Below, piece after piece: positions 59,827 to 64,000 of a stretch of DNA of 64,000 nucleotides. Numbering within the stretch: position 1 is the stretch's first letter; each line of letters opens with the position of its first letter. The stretch is taken from positions 222,332,001 through 222,396,000 of the forward strand of contig OZ024741.1 of NCBI GenBank assembly GCA_964016885.1. Reading direction: 5' to 3'. A program made the position numbers and the translations under genes. A model generated the notes under the pieces. It ran no database searches. It worked only from the letters and a program-made list of their open reading frames with translations, and was not told the origin of the DNA. This DNA comes from Eledone cirrhosa. Lineage: Eukaryota.

Positions 59827-60260
59827 TTGAGTATATCAGGCACATTTGGTTTGTAATTGAGTATATCAGGCACATTTGGTTTGTAATTGAGTATATCAGG
59901 CACATTTGGTTTGTAATTGGGTATATCAGGCACATTTGGTTTGTAATTGAGTATATCAGGCACATTTGGTTTGTAATTGGGTATATCAGGCACATTTGGT
60001 TTGTAATTGGGTATATCAGGCACATTTGGTTTGTAATTGAGTATATCAGGCACATTTGGTTTGTAATTGGGTATATCAGGCACATTTGGTTTGTAATTGG
60101 GTATATCAGGCACATTTGGTTTGTAATTGGGTATATCAGGCACATTTGGTTTGTAATTGAGTATATCAGGCACATTTGATTTGTAATTGGGTATATCAGG
60201 CATATTTGGTTTGTAATTGAGTATATCAGGCACATTTGGTTTGTAATTGAGTATATCAGG
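59827..60260. repeat. 30-bp minisatellite (about 14.5 units)
   Basis: Unit TTG(A/G)GTATATCAGGCACATTTGGTTTGTAA. Confidence 0.97.
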
Positions 60261-60466
60261 TTTGAGTATTTTAAATTTGAATTGCACATTATGAAGTTGC
60301 AAACACATTGTGCTTGACCAGGACTACCAATGCTCTCTTTAACAGATGTAAAACGAAGTATGTATGGACCCATAACTCTTGAAGGAGTTGTAGAAGTGCT
60401 GTAGCAATATACAGTGTCTTGGGCATTTTATACTTGGCAGAACCCATCACCTCTGCAGGAAAGGGA

Positions 60467-60468
<2 letters not shown>

Positions 60469-60558
<90 letters not shown>
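60469..60558. repeat. (GA)n microsatellite
   Basis: Perfect GA run. Confidence 0.98.
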
Positions 60559-60561
<3 letters not shown>

Positions 60562-61004
60562 AGTTAGAAAGAAATGTAGTAGAATCAATCCCAGGGCTGA
60601 AATGTTACGTTTTTTATCAACCTCAAAAGGATGAAAGGCAATGTTAATCTCAATACGTTTTGAACTCAGAGTGCAGAACTCAGAGCCAGAACAAAGCATT
60701 CTATCAGACATTCTAATGACTTTGTCAATTTGCCATCCTTATAAAACCATACTTGACATAATTGTCATTCCATTTTTTGAAATTAATAGCTTTCGTTGGT
60801 GTTTGCCTAATATTGTTTTGGGTTACAATTTCAATCAAACCAAGCAGCTTAAATTCTACTCATGAGTTCAACCATATATTTCATTTTTCTGAGGCCAATA
60901 GTACTTTTTCTTTTCTTTTATCTGTTTTTTCTTTGGCTATTCTAAAACTTGTTCTACTTTGTGTAAAGTACACTTGCTTTTGTATTGCTGTGTATAACTT
61001 AACA

Positions 61005-61200
61005 TGTAAAGATCACAAGGTGTTGAAATATTGCTCGCTTTTGGATAGCCTTGTCATCGAACCTTTAGAAACAGAGACCTCTGGCATTCTTGATATCTGC
61101 AGTGCCCCCTTACTTGCAAGCTGTTGAAGTATGGAAGAGGCTGTGTAGCCAATCCTGGTAAAATAGACTCCCAGGCTATTTGGCTGGTAAGAGTGACAGA
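61005..61200 (+). mobile_element. Second CRE-like C-terminal remnant
   Basis: KVLKYCSLLDSLVIEPLETETSGILD...LL aligns with KLSKYRFLSIRFVVEPIAVDASGVLG...LL at 19.3 kb. Confidence 0.55.
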
Positions 61201-62796
61201 GACCATGAGTTGTGGAACAAGTTAAGACAATTGTTAAGATAATTTGAAATCTTTTCCACCATCAATTCTTAAAAAACAAGTTAAAATCATTTAGTCATCA
61301 TCGTATTATAATTCTGCTTGTGTTTCATCCATTTGTAATGTACGTTACACTTTAGTTACATACACACACATTTACTGAGTTTAACAGAATCAAATATTTT
61401 CGAAATTAAGAATTTTAGCAGAAAGTCATGGCCTGGGTTAAAGATAGTAGTCACTACCTGGGTTCTAAAACACTATTTATTATTTAGTGGTAAAATAAGC
61501 TTCTGGGACCCCAACAAGAGTTGTGTTCCTTTAGGGTTTACTGGCAAAATAAACTTAAAAAGCATGTTGCCAGGACCGGCTACATACCCTATTCCTTGAA
61601 GTATCAACCATTTTCAGTAATTTATTTATTGAACTTATAGTAGTAGAAATTCTGGCATTCGTGGACCTTGAAACACTTTCCTACTCCTTGCTATTGGGAT
61701 GGAGTTGGCCACCTGCAGGAGTTAGCACCATGAGTTGGAATAGTTATTTCAACACATCTCTCTTGCTATCCTCCAGGGCATCACTTTCTTCATTCTATCT
61801 ACTGGGTCCATGAGGCAGTTTGTGCTGGGAGTTTTACACACTAAAGTGTGTTCCCTCACACTGTTTGAGCTTGTATCATTCGAGCAGCAATGGTACAGTT
61901 TGATGATATATATGACATCTGTCAAAACACTGAAGATATAAACAACATAGTTTGGGGCTCTGTCTTTTGTGATAAATTCCTCTGCTTAATTAACAAAACA
62001 TTCTTCAATGGGAAGATGAACTTTGGACATTGTATTTCCCAAACCATGATTAAGACTCTGATTCAGAAGACAGAAGACTGCTGTTGATAAACTTGGGACT
62101 CTGATGATGGAATGGAATACATGCTACAATTGTCATTGTACTTGATGCCAATGTTATAGCCAATAGATGACAAGGATAATACATTCACATAAAACTACAA
62201 ATTTGTAGGAGAGGAATGCATTTCATTGATGACTTGACCCCAGTATATTTATATGCTTTTATGTGGCAAAGTAGTAGAGTTGTTACACAATTAGATTGAA
62301 TACAAAATACCTTGAAGTACTTTTTCTAGTTCTTTGCACTGAGTTCAAATCCTTCTAAAGTCAATTTGACCTTTTTGATGTTGATAAAATACCTACCAGT
62401 CCAGCACAATGGAGTGGTGGAATTGTTGGAGCATCAAATGAGATGTGTTGTGTTATCTGTTCTGGCTCTTAACATTATATTTTCGAATTCTACTTCTTAA
62501 ACACCAGTCTCTTCATAACTGGAAATAGAGCCTTTAGGACCCCAGCATATGCTGACAAACTCTCAATGTTAGTTGGAGTGAGTCATCAATTGGAACATCT
62601 CAGTCACATCAATACACAGAAATACAAAAACAAGTGGACCCTATACAAAGTGGAAACAGTATTAGAACAGTGAAAAAGCAAACAAACATGAGAAGAATTT
62701 GAAGTGAGAACTGAAAAGAAGAGTTATCTTGAATCCTTCATTATCAAACTTTACTATTGCTGCTATTTCCACTATTCTAGCCATTAATAAATGTAA

Positions 62797-63036
62797 TTAT
62801 GATGATAGTGACGATGATGATGATGTTGCTGGGAATGATGATGATGGTGGTGATGATGATGATGGTGATGTTGGTAGTGATGATGATGCTGGTGGAGGTG
62901 GTGGGGGTGGTGATGTTGGTAGTGATGATGAGGATGATGGTAGTGATGATGGTGATGGTGATGATGATGATGGTGATGGTGATGATGACGAGGATGATGA
63001 TGATAATGATGATGATGATGATGATAATGATGGTGG

Positions 63037-63067
<31 letters not shown>

Positions 63068-63075
63068 GATTGATA
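62797..63075. repeat. (GAT/GGT)n triplet tract
   Basis: Imperfect triplet repeat. Confidence 0.95.
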
Positions 63076-63403
63076 ATATGGAATGGCCTCCATCAGTTTC
63101 AACGATGAGTGTTCCAGTTCTTTGATCAATGGAACAGCTTGCTCATTAAATTTATGTATAAGAGGCCAAGCATTACACAAACACATGTACCCTTAGAATA
63201 ATTCTAAGGGAGATTCAGCATGACACAGTATGTGACAAGGCTGGCCTTTTGAATCACAGCTATAGTTCATCCAACAGTCTTCCAGAGAGTCTACCTAATT
63301 TCACTCAGAGGGCATGGGTCAACCCCAGACTATGTATGGTAAAAGATACTTGCCCAAGATACCATGCATGGGATTCTGCCTCTGACTAATGATTGTAAAC
63401 TTC

Positions 63404-63815
63404 TTAACCCTTTAGCATTTAAACCAGCCATATCCAGCCAAAATTCTCTCACCTCTTTCTGTCCAAACGAGCTGTAACTAGCCACACATACTGATCTTAA
63501 ACCTTTAGCATTTACATTACTCTATATTTACTATTATATTTTCATGGTAAAGGTTTTACCTCACATAATTATCTCACATAATATCGAATCTATGATATTT
63601 TGATATTATTTATTTTGAGAACAATACCTTAACATCAGTATGAGTTGCAAGATATAGCTGGTTTGAACAGAAAGAGGTGAGAGAATTCTGGCTGGATACG
63701 GCTGGTTTAAATGCTAAAGTGTTATGGTATTGTTCTCAAAATAAATAACATCAAAATCTCATATTATGTCAGATAATTATGTGAGGTAAAGCCCTACAGA
63801 GAAAATACAATAGTA
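63404..63815. mobile_element. Nested TTAA-MITEs
   Basis: A reverse-oriented copy (63404-63496 plus 63725-63815) is split by a forward copy (about 63497-63724). Confidence 0.75.
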
Positions 63816-63818
63816 TAC

Positions 63819-64000
63819 ACTAGCAGAATGGCCCGGCATTGCTCGGGATTTGCTCTAGGGTTCTTATATATTTGATATATATTTATCCTTCTCGAGCCTC
63901 GTGAAGTAAATACGTTTGTTTATATTTTGTTATTGTGTATGCACAAATATCTGTACACGAATATATAAATAACAGTACAGAGAAGTACGGAATACCTCGG
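63819..64000 (-). mobile_element. Helitron-type 3' end
   Basis: CTAGCAGAATGGCCCGGCATTGCTCGGG resembles the end at 53703. Confidence 0.65.

Larger units (their letters stand above)
57700..60420 (-). pseudogene. Fragmented hAT (Charlie/Buster/ZBED5-like) transposase
   Basis: Ordered remnants: AQCVCNFIMCNSNLKYSNL (BED-like), VPLSSITIAN*VTEMS*DV, MDKSTDISN, DKFLFCESL, GSVCAD...GHNSGFAALV, TVNFIRGKAFNHRIFK, FVEKVSLWK, TFSYMLHIK. Interrupted by MITEs, a SINE tail and a minisatellite. Confidence 0.85.

Noticed and set aside
59670-60373. Repeat-protein ORFs (PDILNYKPNV)n
   Set aside because: By-product of a 30-bp minisatellite that is open in several frames.
61590-62170. Very degenerate RT-like remnant (LAFVDLET)
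   Set aside because: Only one short motif; boundaries and family cannot be supported.
62729-63186. Acidic poly-Asp ORF resembling a biomineralisation protein
   Set aside because: (GAT)n microsatellite like those at 39265 and 40180; non-ATG start.

Overview
This is AT-rich, repeat-saturated animal DNA. It is probably from a coleoid cephalopod (Octopus-like), inferred only from the SINE/RTE repertoire and microsatellite load. No intact host protein-coding gene is supportable; there are only weak candidate exons near 5.1 kb and 15-16.6 kb. Recognisable content includes decayed or truncated retroelements (at least three RTE-clade LINE families, CRE-clade and Tx1/L1 fragments, tRNA-derived SINEs, a probable solo LTR), a fragmented hAT (Charlie/Buster-like) transposase, Helitron helicase remnants, Helitron-type non-autonomous elements, MITEs and many micro/minisatellites. 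The most interesting signal is not in the ORF track. About a dozen type-I hammerhead-ribozyme motifs from roughly eight sequence-unrelated families sit in short fold-back (inverted-repeat) elements inserted in (TA)n tracts, which is the architecture of Penelope-like-element pseudo-LTRs or retrozyme-like derivatives. One family has a compensatory U3-A8 core, several have very long stem II inserts, three fold-back centres fall just 5' of the ribozyme core, and many share a 3' motif resembling T(T/C)GAGT(A/G)CT. All calls were made by eye, coordinates are approximate, and no ribozyme activity has been shown.
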